Positions 8,203-17,889 of a stretch of 32,000 nt of DNA are shown here, one piece after another. The DNA is from Candidatus Brocadia sp. (GTDB lineage: Bacteria > Planctomycetota > Brocadiia > Brocadiales > Brocadiaceae). Location: positions 1,200,001-1,232,000 of the forward strand of contig CP091279.1 of NCBI GenBank assembly GCA_021650915.1. The letters are read 5' to 3'. The position numbers and the translations under genes are program-made. The notes below the pieces were generated by a model. The model was not told where the DNA came from. It saw nothing but the letters and a program-made list of their open reading frames with translations, and made no database searches. Position 1 is the stretch's first letter. The number at the start of each line of letters is the position of its first letter.

Positions 8203-9219
8203 TTAACGAAACCTTACGTTCGTTACCTTTTTTTCAAACCAAAAACCTTCCATGGCGATAAGAACCATGGCGATGAAAAGAGGAATTTGATACCGGTTCA
8301 CGTACCGCTTCACCCGCTGGGTTTTGTAGGTAGACTCCTCGATCTTCGCAATACTTTCCTGGTAAATCTTTTCCAGCCCCCATCTGGTATCGTATGCCGG
8401 TGTATACAGCCCCCCCGTCTCCAGAGCAATTTTGTTTAAGATAATTTCATCCAATCTTGACTTAACAACCTGCCCTTGCCTGTCTTTCAGCAATCGTTCC
8501 TGACCGCTTTCATCCCTGACCCTGATATAGGAACCGTCCTTCTTCCCCACACCTACCGTATACAGAACAATACCCTGCTCTTTGGCAGCGGTGGCCGCTT
8601 TTAACGGATCGTCTTCATGATTCTCACCATCGGTAATCAGGATAATCGCCTTGTGATTTTTTGAATCTGCCTCAAACGCAGTAATTCCTTTTCTGATCGC
8701 CTCTGCCAGGGCAGTGCCCCCCAACGGAATGATATTCGTATTTACATCCTGCAAAAAGAGGCGAAAAGCGCCGTAATCTGACGTAAGCGGACAGTAAGGA
8801 AACGCCGAACCTGCAAATACGACCAAACCAATACGGTCTCCCCCCAGGACATGCAATAAATCTTCGATCTCTCTTTTTGCCACCTCCAACCGATTGGGTT
8901 TCACATCATCAGCCAGCATGCTTCGCGACGTATCCAGGGCAATTACAATATCAATCCCTTTTTTCTCGACGTCTTCCCAATGGTAACCCCATTTCGGCTC
9001 GACCAGTGCAAAAATCAAAAACAGGATTCCGACGATCATAAGGACAGCCTTCAGCCACCGTTTTCTCTTATGAATGGGAAGCCCGGCTTTTTGCAACAAT
9101 GCGAGATTTGCGAAGGTGTTGAGGTCGCACATCCTTTTTTTAAAAACAAGAATGTATCCGAGACTCAACACCGGAATTACGGCAAGCAGGTAAAGGTAAC
9201 TCAGGTTCCCGTATTTCAT
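8203..9219 (-). CDS. batB: VWA-domain membrane protein BatB
   Basis: Two N-terminal TMs, then a VWA domain with MIDAS motif DIVIALDTSRSM. ATGA overlap with the batA stop. Confidence 0.85.
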   Translation of the reverse strand: MKYGNLSYLYLLAVIPVLSLGYILVFKKRMCDLNTFANLALLQKAGLPIHKRKRWLKAVLMIVGILFLIFALVEPKWGYHWEDVEKKGIDIVIALDTSRSMLADDVKPNRLEVAKREIEDLLHVLGGDRIGLVVFAGSAFPYCPLTSDYGAFRLFLQDVNTNIIPLGGTALAEAIRKGITAFEADSKNHKAIILITDGENHEDDPLKAATAAKEQGIVLYTVGVGKKDGSYIRVRDESGQERLLKDRQGQVVKSRLDEIILNKIALETGGLYTPAYDTRWGLEKIYQESIAKIEESTYKTQRVKRYVNRYQIPLFIAMVLIAMEGFWFEKKVTNVRFR

Positions 9220-10214
9220 GAAGGTAATTTTCTTAATTTTGTTTTCGTTAAACCTAATTCAACCAACAACAACCCAAAGGCCGGCAATAAAAAATAATGA
9301 AACAATTCGTTGTATTCTGTGTATTGAGTTACCTCTGATTCCGTTTTTTCGAGTTTATCGATCTGGTGGTAAATCTCTCTTAACGACTCGGTGTCGGTTG
9401 CCCGATAATAGTTCCCGCCAGTAATCTTTGCAATTTCTTTCAGGGCATCATCGTCAATATCTATCTTGACCTGCTTCATCACCCTATTCCCAAAAATATC
9501 TACTGCCGGAAACGGGGCAAGTCCCTTCGTGCCGGCGCCTATCGTGTAAATCTTAATTCCAAAGGTCCTGGCTATCTCTGCAGCGGTAAAAGGGTCTATT
9601 TCACCGGCGTTGTTTCTCCCGTCCGTTAACAGGATAATCACCTTGCTCTTCGCCCTGGTATCTTTCAGTCTTTCAATGGATGAACCAAGGGCAGAGCCTA
9701 TTGCCGTGCCATCTTCAACCATACCAATCTGCGCCTTTTCCAGAAGTTGCAACAGCATGCCATAGTCGAGCGTCAGGGGGCACTGGGTGTACGGCCGTCC
9801 GGCAAAGACAACCAAACCGATACGGTCATTCGTGCGTTTCTGAATAAAATCTTTCACCACCGGCTTAATAACATGAAGCCGGTTATACCGTTGTCCGCCT
9901 ATTTCAAAATCCTCAGCCAGCATACTTCCCGACACGTCCACAGTAAGCACAATATCAATCCCTTCTGTCACTACCTTCGTTTGTTCATTTCCATACTGAG
10001 GTCGCGACAGGGCAATTACCAGCAAAACAAGGGCTGTGGACCTGAGGACAATGAGTATGTGTCTGTATCGCTGGGCAAATGAGGGTTTTATCTTTTTTAA
10101 CACACCCAGAGAAGGAAAGACAACCTGATCGTTTCCCCTGCCCCGAAAGTAAACATAGATCAAGGGTGGAACAACGACAAGAAATATCAGGAGTAACGGG
10201 TCGCGAAAGATCAT
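9216..10214 (-). CDS. batA: VWA-domain membrane protein BatA
   Basis: MIFRDPLLLIFLVVVPPLIYVYF N-terminus, VWA domain with MIDAS DIVLTVDVSGSM, and a C-terminal TM. Confidence 0.85.
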   Translation of the reverse strand: MIFRDPLLLIFLVVVPPLIYVYFRGRGNDQVVFPSLGVLKKIKPSFAQRYRHILIVLRSTALVLLVIALSRPQYGNEQTKVVTEGIDIVLTVDVSGSMLAEDFEIGGQRYNRLHVIKPVVKDFIQKRTNDRIGLVVFAGRPYTQCPLTLDYGMLLQLLEKAQIGMVEDGTAIGSALGSSIERLKDTRAKSKVIILLTDGRNNAGEIDPFTAAEIARTFGIKIYTIGAGTKGLAPFPAVDIFGNRVMKQVKIDIDDDALKEIAKITGGNYYRATDTESLREIYHQIDKLEKTESEVTQYTEYNELFHYFLLPAFGLLLVELGLTKTKLRKLPS

Positions 10215-10221
10215 GGAACCT

Positions 10222-10746
10222 TTATGCGCTCATAAAAGAAAACCGCACCTGCTCCCCGTTTGCAATAGCATTCCAGATATCTGTTTCCGGAATTTCCTTA
10301 TCGATAAAAACATCCGCGAGGATGTAGAGGGCTTCATTGGCCGACCTGAGAAGGTCATCCGTCCCTGTTGCATGGGTAAAATACCGGTTGAGATTCATGT
10401 CTGCCTGTTTGTACATTTGTGCCCCCGCAAGCTCTTTCCTGTACCCCAGATTCACCTCGTATTCCATAAAGATACCTTTTTCCCTATACATCAGACTCAA
10501 GCTTGCCTTTTCACTTTCAATTTCAAGAAAACGAATTTCCTGTTCCTTTGCAAGGATTTCCCTGATCTCCGGAGTGCCATAGACGCCCCATAAGGTCTGT
10601 ATATTTATTTTAAGCCTTGCGAGTTCTTCGGCTGAAACCTTGCGCACCGGCATAACTGATGATTTTGCTCCTGCCTTCCCCCCCAACACTTTTTTACGAC
10701 TTAAATACTCATCCAAAAATTTTTCTGGCGCTTTCACCATGTTCAT
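10222..10746 (-). CDS. Hypothetical soluble 172-174 aa protein embedded in the Bat operon
   Basis: Uninterrupted ORF ending 7 nt before the batA start. GAGGA is suitably spaced for the second ATG (10740). No TM, signal peptide or motif I recognise. Confidence 0.55.
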   Translation of the reverse strand: MNMVKAPEKFLDEYLSRKKVLGGKAGAKSSVMPVRKVSAEELARLKINIQTLWGVYGTPEIREILAKEQEIRFLEIESEKASLSLMYREKGIFMEYEVNLGYRKELAGAQMYKQADMNLNRYFTHATGTDDLLRSANEALYILADVFIDKEIPETDIWNAIANGEQVRFSFMSA

Positions 10747-10870
10747 TATCCTCTTAAAAAAGTTTACCCCCCTGAGAACCTTTGTATTTTAAACAAGCAC
10801 TGGCAAAAAGAAACGCATTTGATATGGTATGCAACCGGCACATCCCTCCATCCCGGACAAACTTTAGTTT

Positions 10871-11890
10871 TTATGCAGGAACCACCTCCTTTTCCTCCAA
10901 ACGCTCTCTGGTTTCATCGATGAATCGCTTTGCTGCGTCATACGTTTCCTGAATTTCCGTCCTGGAAGGACCATACGTTGCGTATTTTACCATATCGCAT
11001 TGCTCCAGGAACTCCCGCATCAATTGTTTGTGGCTGTCTTGCAACTTGCTCGTCCGCGCCAGTTCTCCGAGAAACTCTTCCGTTGTGCACTCCGGAGCCA
11101 ATAAACCAAACCGATTTTCTATATAATGGCGCACGATACCAGTTACACGATAATAATATTCTTTGACGAATCCCTTTGCTATCAGATCTTCACCCAGTAA
11201 CTCTTCCAGCAATTCATAGGCAATTTCATGGGGCAATCTTATTATTACTTCACGCCCCTGTCCCCGTTCCCTCTTTTTCCGTTTCCAGATGAACCAGAAA
11301 ACCGTTCCTGATAACAACCCTACGGCAAATACAACACCGATCCAGGGAAGCAACCTCCTGAAATTGACTGGTACGCCAGCCGGCGGAACGATCTCTCTGA
11401 TATCGCCAGAAATTTCCCCTTCCTGCAAAACGCCCCTGACATCAACAGATATTTCATTGGTAACGACTTCACCCGCGCCATGGACACCTTCGTATGATAT
11501 TTTTAATGACGGAATCGTTTGAGTTCCTATTTCATAGGAACTCAGCACGTAAGAACAATTAACCGTGAAACGGCCGTCTTTCTCTTTTACCGGTCCTTCA
11601 ACAACGTCCGTTTTTTTTACCGTAAACATGCCAATCTGCTGACCCAATTCAGGAAACCGCGGAACAACACCATCCCTATACGTTACACGAATTCCAAATT
11701 TTATCTTGTCGCCAATCGTTATCTCATTTTTGTCGACATATGCAATTACCTCTATCGCGGATACGTTTTCAGCATCCCGGTTTTCCAGGGCAAAGGCATA
11801 ATGCGTGCCTTTATTTAGTGTATAAACTACCACAAACAAAAGCAATAGTATCTTGAGCAACGACGGACAGCTTTTTATAACCATGTTCAA
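10871..11890 (-). CDS. Membrane protein: BatD-like beta-rich ectodomain fused to a DUF4381-like cytoplasmic helical domain (likely ATG at 11885)
   Basis: Signal/TM, beta-rich segment (EITIGDKIKFGIRVTY...), TM (LLPWIGVVFAVGLLSGTVFWFIW + KRKKRER), then a helical tail (...TTEEFLGELA...CDMVKYATYGP). This is the position and pattern of DUF4381 in MoxR operons. Confidence 0.55.
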   Translation of the reverse strand: MNMVIKSCPSLLKILLLLFVVVYTLNKGTHYAFALENRDAENVSAIEVIAYVDKNEITIGDKIKFGIRVTYRDGVVPRFPELGQQIGMFTVKKTDVVEGPVKEKDGRFTVNCSYVLSSYEIGTQTIPSLKISYEGVHGAGEVVTNEISVDVRGVLQEGEISGDIREIVPPAGVPVNFRRLLPWIGVVFAVGLLSGTVFWFIWKRKKRERGQGREVIIRLPHEIAYELLEELLGEDLIAKGFVKEYYYRVTGIVRHYIENRFGLLAPECTTEEFLGELARTSKLQDSHKQLMREFLEQCDMVKYATYGPSRTEIQETYDAAKRFIDETRERLEEKEVVPA

Positions 11891-11980
11891 TCAAACGATG
11901 CGCGTTCAAAGATTTAATGAGACCTTCGACGACTTCTTATCTGCAGAGAGACGAGCCTCGCCGCTCTACCACCACGGCAA

Positions 11981-12856
11981 TCAATATCTCTTTTCCCTTA
12001 CTCTGAAGAACCGGACTATAGGCTCAACATAATGCCGGTCGGTACTGATGACAATCTCGTCTACCCCCATAGACCGGAACAGTCGTGTCCGTTCCTGCCT
12101 TTGTCTGGCATTGAGGGCGCAAAATTCCTTTCTTGCCAGCGGGTTTGCCGTATCAACCAGGAGGATCTCGCCTGACTCGGCATCCCGTAATTCAACAAAA
12201 CCAACATTCGGCAATTCCTGTTCCCGCGGGTCAATGACCGTAATCGCTATCACATCATGCCTTTTATTTGCGATGCGAAGTGCATGTGCGTAATCACTTG
12301 CCAGAAAATCAGACACGAGAAATGAAATCGTGCGCCGGGTGGAAATCTTATCCATGTACTCCAGCGCAACAGAGATATTCGTTCCTTTCCCCGCAGGTTC
12401 TGCGCACAAGAGTTCTCGTATGACGCGCAAGACATGCTTCGCCCCCTTTTTGGGAGGAATAAATTTTTCGATCCTATCTGTAAACATAATCATGCCTACC
12501 TTATCATTATTCCTTATGGCAGAAAATGCAAGCAGTGCGCAGACCTCTATCGCAATTTCATTCTTTAATTGCCTGACGGACCCAAAGTTTCCGGAAGCGC
12601 TTACGTCTACAAGAAGCATCACGGTTAGCTCCCGCTCCTCTACATAGCGCTTAATAAAGGGACGCCCCATACGGGCAGTCACATTCCAGTCAATGGTCCG
12701 GATCTCATCCCCGGGTTGATATTCCCGCACCTCGTCAAATTCCATCCCGCGTCCCTTAAAAACACTGTGATACTCGCCGATAAACGACTCATTGACAAGA
12801 TGACGGGTATGAATCTCTATCTGCTGGATTTTTTTCAGGATATCTTTCGTAACCAT
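11981..12856 (-). CDS. DUF58 (VWA-like) protein
   Basis: GEYHSVFKGRGMEFDEVREYQPGDEIRTIDWNVTAR...LLVDVSASGNFGS is the DUF58 signature. Canonical partner immediately downstream of MoxR. Confidence 0.9.
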   Translation of the reverse strand: MVTKDILKKIQQIEIHTRHLVNESFIGEYHSVFKGRGMEFDEVREYQPGDEIRTIDWNVTARMGRPFIKRYVEERELTVMLLVDVSASGNFGSVRQLKNEIAIEVCALLAFSAIRNNDKVGMIMFTDRIEKFIPPKKGAKHVLRVIRELLCAEPAGKGTNISVALEYMDKISTRRTISFLVSDFLASDYAHALRIANKRHDVIAITVIDPREQELPNVGFVELRDAESGEILLVDTANPLARKEFCALNARQRQERTRLFRSMGVDEIVISTDRHYVEPIVRFFRVREKRY

Positions 12857-12915
12857 GAATATCTCTTATCGTTTTGACATGTCAGCCTGTTCAAGGAATT
12901 ACCTGGAGCGGCCTT

Positions 12916-13905
12916 TTATGGAACCTCTACCGTATCAAATATCTTTTGCACAATATCTTCAGCGCGCATCTCCTCAGCCTCTGCCTCATACGTGATAATG
13001 ACCCGGTGGCGAAGCACATCCATCCCTATCGATTTTACATCTTGTGGCGTGACAAATCCTCTGCCTTTGACAAAGGCGTGCGCCTTGGCGGCGAGGGTAA
13101 GGTAGATCGTAGCGCGCGGAGATGCGCCGTATTCAATGAACTCTTCCAGATTCAGATTGTACGCCTTCGGGTCCCTTGATGCGCACACGATATCAATAAT
13201 ATAATCCTTGATCTTATCATCAATATAAATCTCATCAACGATGGCACGCAAACGCAGGATGTCCGCGGGAGATATAACGGGCGTTACCTTGAAATCTTTC
13301 CTGGTCAATGCCATGCGCTCCAGAATTTCACGCTCTTCCTTTTTGTCCGGATACGTGATGTGTAATTTTAGCATAAACCGGTCCACCTGTGCCTCCGGCA
13401 AAGGATAGGTGCCTTCATGTTCAATAGGATTTTGGGTAGCCAGCACGAGAAACGGGTCTTCCAATGGAAAGGTCTGATCCCCGATGGTCACCTGTCTGTC
13501 CTGCATTGCCTCCAGAAGTGCGCTCTGCACCTTTGCAGGCGCCCGGTTGATCTCATCGGCAAGAACAATATTGGTAAAAATGGGGCCCTTGCGCACGGTA
13601 AAATCACCGTTCTTGGGATTATAAATGAGGGTGCCAAGAAGATCGGCAGGAAGTAAATCAGGCGTAAACTGAATCCTCTGAAACCCGGCTTGCATTGCCC
13701 TGGCAAGGGTCATAACCGACATCGTTTTTGCAAGTCCAGGCACACCTTCCAGCAATACATGGCCATTGGAAAGGATGCCAATGAGCAATCTTTCAAGTAA
13801 ATATTTCTGTCCTACAATTACCTTCCCAACCTCATACATCAGGGTATTTACAAAATCACTTTCCTGCTTCACCCTTTCCGTGATCTTTTTAACGTCTGAT
13901 TCCAT
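12916..13905 (-). CDS. moxR: MoxR-family AAA+ ATPase (ORF-track start 13995 is probably too long)
   Basis: Walker A GVPGLAKT, Walker B VLADEINRA, ATQNPIEHEGTYPLPEAQVDRF. GGAGGA lies 5-6 nt upstream of the ATG at 13905 (MESDVKK...), giving a typical 329 aa. Confidence 0.9.
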   Translation of the reverse strand: MESDVKKITERVKQESDFVNTLMYEVGKVIVGQKYLLERLLIGILSNGHVLLEGVPGLAKTMSVMTLARAMQAGFQRIQFTPDLLPADLLGTLIYNPKNGDFTVRKGPIFTNIVLADEINRAPAKVQSALLEAMQDRQVTIGDQTFPLEDPFLVLATQNPIEHEGTYPLPEAQVDRFMLKLHITYPDKKEEREILERMALTRKDFKVTPVISPADILRLRAIVDEIYIDDKIKDYIIDIVCASRDPKAYNLNLEEFIEYGASPRATIYLTLAAKAHAFVKGRGFVTPQDVKSIGMDVLRHRVIITYEAEAEEMRAEDIVQKIFDTVEVP

Positions 13906-14143
13906 TGCTTCCTCCACGACAATTCGTTCGTTGCTCAAATTAGATAACGTTATCTCTGGTGCGGCACTGACGAAACCATAAATTTTGCCATGCAATTGTT
14001 ACTAAACAGCAAACATCTCTCACTTTGTTCCTTGTGCATGAAATAGCCGATTTCCGGTATCATGTCACAACGGGTAAACATTATATACCAATTTTCCTAA
14101 TTTCAAATACCCATTTACCCATTTCGTAATTTTTCAGAAAGGA

Positions 14144-14755
14144 ATGTCCTTGACACGGTATGCAAGAGATGCTACGATTTTTTTTATTCAAAATGGTTTG
14201 AAGCGCCTCGCTATCCAGGCGCTTCCTTTTTTCAGAATACCAGATAAATACACATTGTCAAAGGCTATTCCTGTTGTTTTGATCGTTGGTAAACAGAATA
14301 CCGGAAAAACGTCTCTTATTGAGACGCTTATCCCGTTATTAAAGAAGCGGGGATATCGGGTAGGAACCATTAAATATAATGTCCCTTCCTTTCAAATTGA
14401 TTACGAAGGCAAGGATACATACCGGCATTTTGGGGCAGGGGCAGACATCGTTTCTATCTCTTCGCCGGCAAAACTAGCGATAATAAAAAGGGTCGTCGGA
14501 AAATCACCGGCAATCAAAACCCTTATTGAAAGCAATTACCGGGATGTTGATATCATCCTTGTCGAGGGGTATAAGCGCTGGAATTATCCCGCTATTGAAA
14601 TCATAAATAACCGGCAACGCGTGATAGCAAAAAGCAAGAGATCGAAACACCGGTTGCAGATAATCAGCATTGCAAAAACACCGTTACAAATGCCCGGTTT
14701 TAGTCAAGATGACATAGACAAGGTGATTCAGTTTATAGAATCCAGGATAAAGTAA
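14144..14755 (+). CDS. mobB: MobB-like molybdopterin-guanine dinucleotide biosynthesis adaptor (probable true start TTG 14255, 166 aa)
   Basis: P-loop VGKQNTGKTSLIETLIPLLKKRGYRVGTIKY and GKDTYRHFGAGAD match the MobB pattern. From 14255 the Walker A sits about 10 aa from the N-terminus, as in MobB. Confidence 0.7.
   Translation: MSLTRYARDATIFFIQNGLKRLAIQALPFFRIPDKYTLSKAIPVVLIVGKQNTGKTSLIETLIPLLKKRGYRVGTIKYNVPSFQIDYEGKDTYRHFGAGADIVSISSPAKLAIIKRVVGKSPAIKTLIESNYRDVDIILVEGYKRWNYPAIEIINNRQRVIAKSKRSKHRLQIISIAKTPLQMPGFSQDDIDKVIQFIESRIK
14200..14232 (+). terminator. Terminator/attenuator-like hairpin in the mobB leader
   Basis: GAAGCGCC (14200-14207), 10-nt loop, GGCGCTTC (14218-14225), then C + T6 (14227-14232). 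It lies inside the N-terminal extension of ORF 14144..14755. Confidence 0.35.
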
Positions 14756-14879
14756 ACTCGACAGGAGGTGATGCGGGTTTCAGAAAAAGACCGTAAATAT
14801 ACGGTGTTGTACAAACGTATTTTCAAACTTGTTTCGTAATGTTTCCATATTTTAGCACTTTTTAGAGGAGGAAATTTCG

Positions 14880-15227
14880 TTGAAAAAGATTTTTACGTAT
14901 TGCGCAATTCCCGTTGCAACGATGTTTGGTGTATATTTGAGTTTTCCCAGTTTTACGGCACATGCTGGTGACGTGAAAAAGATTTATAAAGACACCTGTG
15001 AACTCTGCCATGGCGCTGATGGGAAAGGGAGTGAGGCGGGAAAGCAATTCAATGTACCAGACTTCACCAATCAGGAATATCAGAAGTCGAGGACCGACGC
15101 AGACATGAAAAAATCAATGACCGAAGGCACCAAGAACCCAAATTATGTAAAACTCTCCGACCTTGGAGTTGATGCTGCCGATCTTGACCCTCTGGTCAAG
15201 TTAGTTCGGGAATTTGGCGGGAAATAA
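14880..15227 (+). CDS. Secreted monoheme c-type cytochrome
   Basis: Signal peptide, a single CELCH heme-binding motif, and a distal Met region. TTG start with GGAGGA 7 nt upstream. Confidence 0.8.
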   Translation: MKKIFTYCAIPVATMFGVYLSFPSFTAHAGDVKKIYKDTCELCHGADGKGSEAGKQFNVPDFTNQEYQKSRTDADMKKSMTEGTKNPNYVKLSDLGVDAADLDPLVKLVREFGGK

Positions 15228-15261
15228 GATAACCGGTAATCTGGTAGTATTCAAACAACAT

Positions 15262-15298
15262 AAGGGTAGGGCGTTCCACGTCCTACCCTTTTCTTTTC
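15262..15298 (+). terminator. Rho-independent terminator after the cytochrome c gene
   Basis: 12-bp stem AAGGGTAGGGCG / CGTCCTACCCTT (one G.U), 5-nt loop, then TTCTTTTC. Located 35 nt after the stop codon. Confidence 0.65.
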
Positions 15299-15305
15299 AG
15301 CGCCT

Positions 15306-16349
15306 ATGAAAAAGGATATCATTTCCATCGACGGTTCCTTCGGCGAGGGCGGAGGACAAATCCTGCGCACAGCCCTTTCGCTTTCTGCCATTACCCAAAG
15401 GCCTTTTGAAATATACAAGATACGGGCAAACAGAAAAACACCGGGGCTCAGCTATCAGCACCTGCAATCAGTCAATGCCGCTGCTCGTGTCTGCAATGCG
15501 GAAGTGATGGGGAATCAGCTACGGTCCACCAACCTCACATTTTTTCCCGGAAAGATACAACCCGGCGACTATCATTTTACAATTGGAACGGCAGGCTCTG
15601 TTTCCCTCGTTTTACAGACCATATTTTACCCGCTCAGTCTTGCAGACAAGCCTTCTTCAGTTACTATCACGGGCGGCACACATGTCAGCCACAGTCCTTG
15701 CATTGACTATCTCGCACAACAGTGGTTGTACTTTCTCAGGAAAATTGGCTTTCGTGCTGAAATACAAACCCTGCGGGCAGGATTCTATCCGCGCGGCGGC
15801 GGTGAGGTCTTCGCCAGCATACATCCAGGAACTTTGCAACATCCGATATCTCTGGCAGAACGGGGGAAACTCCTGATGATACAGGGAGTATCCGCCGTCA
15901 GTAACTTAGAGAGGATCATTGCACAACGACAGCAAACCCAGGCAAAGTTAAACTTTTTAGAGCGAAACATCCCCCATGAAATAGGCATTACAGAAATACC
16001 GGCAGCCGGAAAGGGCACGATGATGTTTCTGATTGGAACCTTCGAACAAAGCCAATGCTGCTATTTCAGTTTAGGCGCTCCTCGCAAACGTGCAGAAACC
16101 GTTGCGGACGAGGCCTGCAACCAGTTCTTTTCCTTTCTTGAAACCAAAGGCGTCATCGATGAGTACCTGGCGGACCAACTCATCATTCCCCTTGCTCTCA
16201 CGAAAGTGACATCACACTATGTCACTCCCAGAATTACCCGGCATCTGCTTACCAATATCGAAATTGTAAAATTGTTTTTGCCGGTAACGGTCGATGTCGT
16301 TGGAAATCTGGATGAAGAAGGTTTGGTAAAAATAGCTTGTCCTGCATGA
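15306..16349 (+). CDS. rtcA: RNA 3'-terminal phosphate cyclase
   Basis: IDGSFGEGGGQILRTALSLSAIT... N-terminal signature, length 347 aa. Confidence 0.9.
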   Translation: MKKDIISIDGSFGEGGGQILRTALSLSAITQRPFEIYKIRANRKTPGLSYQHLQSVNAAARVCNAEVMGNQLRSTNLTFFPGKIQPGDYHFTIGTAGSVSLVLQTIFYPLSLADKPSSVTITGGTHVSHSPCIDYLAQQWLYFLRKIGFRAEIQTLRAGFYPRGGGEVFASIHPGTLQHPISLAERGKLLMIQGVSAVSNLERIIAQRQQTQAKLNFLERNIPHEIGITEIPAAGKGTMMFLIGTFEQSQCCYFSLGAPRKRAETVADEACNQFFSFLETKGVIDEYLADQLIIPLALTKVTSHYVTPRITRHLLTNIEIVKLFLPVTVDVVGNLDEEGLVKIACPA

Positions 16350-16366
16350 GGAAAGTGGTGAAACTT

Positions 16367-17407
16367 TTATATCCGAACCGGTATCAGCGTTGCGACCGAT
16401 TCAATCGTCTTTCTGAATGGTGTATTGCGAACATACCGCCATTGTTCATCAACCATTCCGTGCTCCGGTGAGGTAATGTTATAGATAAAGGGAAATCCCT
16501 TAAGCCCTTTTTTGAAGGTAATCGCCTTCGTCCTGGCGCCCGCCTCACCCATGGGGACAATATCAGTAACAAAATCCACCAGCACCTGCGCATCATCAAA
16601 GACCTCAGTCGTTACTTTCTGCCCTTTCTTATAATTCCCTATGGTTGCATCGGGAATTACTTCCGCAAGATTCAGGCAGGCAAATACCGCATTTTCACCG
16701 ATATGGATAGCGCTCCGTGGCACACCCACGACGATATCCTTAAACAAGGCATCCACAAATATCTTCTTAAAGAAATGCTTTATGGTTTCCAGTGCATTGG
16801 CCGGGCGCTCTTCACCATCCGTTGCATATTTGCCTAACGTCATTCCCCCAGCCATATCTTTGAAAAAATGCACCATCGTGCCTCCCAATCCCACCTTTTT
16901 TCCTTCCTGAATCATACCATCTTTGTCAACATATTGAAAAGAGGCGCCGGCTCCCATATCCTTAAAGATATTGACGAAATTTTCTCCGGCGTCTTTGATA
17001 TCTTTCCCAACCCTTACCGTAAATTGGGACTGATCCTTACGACAATCCACACCCTTTGTACCTTTCTTCAGGTCAAAGTAATCTCCACCAGGGTTTGATA
17101 ACAGCTGGTCTTCCTTATATTTTTGGAGCTGCTTTTTCAATGACATGGGTTTCGTATTTTTCTTTCCCTCGGCGCAGGTTAATGATGTCTCAAACGTATT
17201 GCGTTCCAGCAAAGAAAATGCACCCCCCTCTATCCTGCTCGTTATCGTATCATAATGATGCATCTTATTCATTTCTTGACCACGCCTCTGCAACGCATCA
17301 CCGATGACCTCTCGAAAAGAGGAAGTTTCTTTGCTATTATAGGCTCCAAATTGAACACCAATATCTATCGGTTTATTATCCTGTAATACCTTTGAAGTTT
17401 CTATCAT
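16367..17407 (-). CDS. Hypothetical cytoplasmic protein (about 346 aa from MIETSKV...)
   Basis: Long uninterrupted ORF with normal composition. Internal repeated motif NIFKDMGAGASF / HFFKDMAGGMTL / KHFFKKIF. No family recognised. Confidence 0.55.
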   Translation of the reverse strand: MIETSKVLQDNKPIDIGVQFGAYNSKETSSFREVIGDALQRRGQEMNKMHHYDTITSRIEGGAFSLLERNTFETSLTCAEGKKNTKPMSLKKQLQKYKEDQLLSNPGGDYFDLKKGTKGVDCRKDQSQFTVRVGKDIKDAGENFVNIFKDMGAGASFQYVDKDGMIQEGKKVGLGGTMVHFFKDMAGGMTLGKYATDGEERPANALETIKHFFKKIFVDALFKDIVVGVPRSAIHIGENAVFACLNLAEVIPDATIGNYKKGQKVTTEVFDDAQVLVDFVTDIVPMGEAGARTKAITFKKGLKGFPFIYNITSPEHGMVDEQWRYVRNTPFRKTIESVATLIPVRI

Positions 17408-17889
17408 GAATGTTCTTTCGGAAAAGAAAACGTAGGGACAAAGCAAATATCGCTATTATTGGTGTTTTTGTAATACTGCTTTGTTACAACTTTGAGCAAA
17501 CAATGTACCTTTATAACTTTCTTTAGTCGCCTCTTGTAAATAAAAAACTCAGCATGCCCTAACTCTATAGATAGAAAGATTTAGGATAACCGTCGAATGA
17601 ACTTCGCCAGACGATATACAAGAAGGACCCGTGACACCGGAAAAATATTTCCAGATCCACGATTACCCATAGGAATTTTTTTCCCTGTTTTTTTTAAGTC
17701 TTTCTTAGGCAATTACTCTTGTAGCTAATGCTGCCAGTTCAAACACCTGCCTGCGTGCAGACATGCACAAACAGGCGGCAGACAGAGCCTCCGCCACCAG
17801 CCTTGATATTCCTTGGCATCCACATGAATTTATTGCCCTTTTTAGAAATTCGTCTTTCATTTTCAAAAAAAGTTCCTATACTGAAGCAT

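Noticed and set aside
13996-14255. Moco riboswitch upstream of mobB
   Set aside because: The context is attractive and a terminator-like hairpin is present. However, I could not find the conserved Moco-motif core sequences or the multi-stem architecture. Only a covariance-model scan could settle it.
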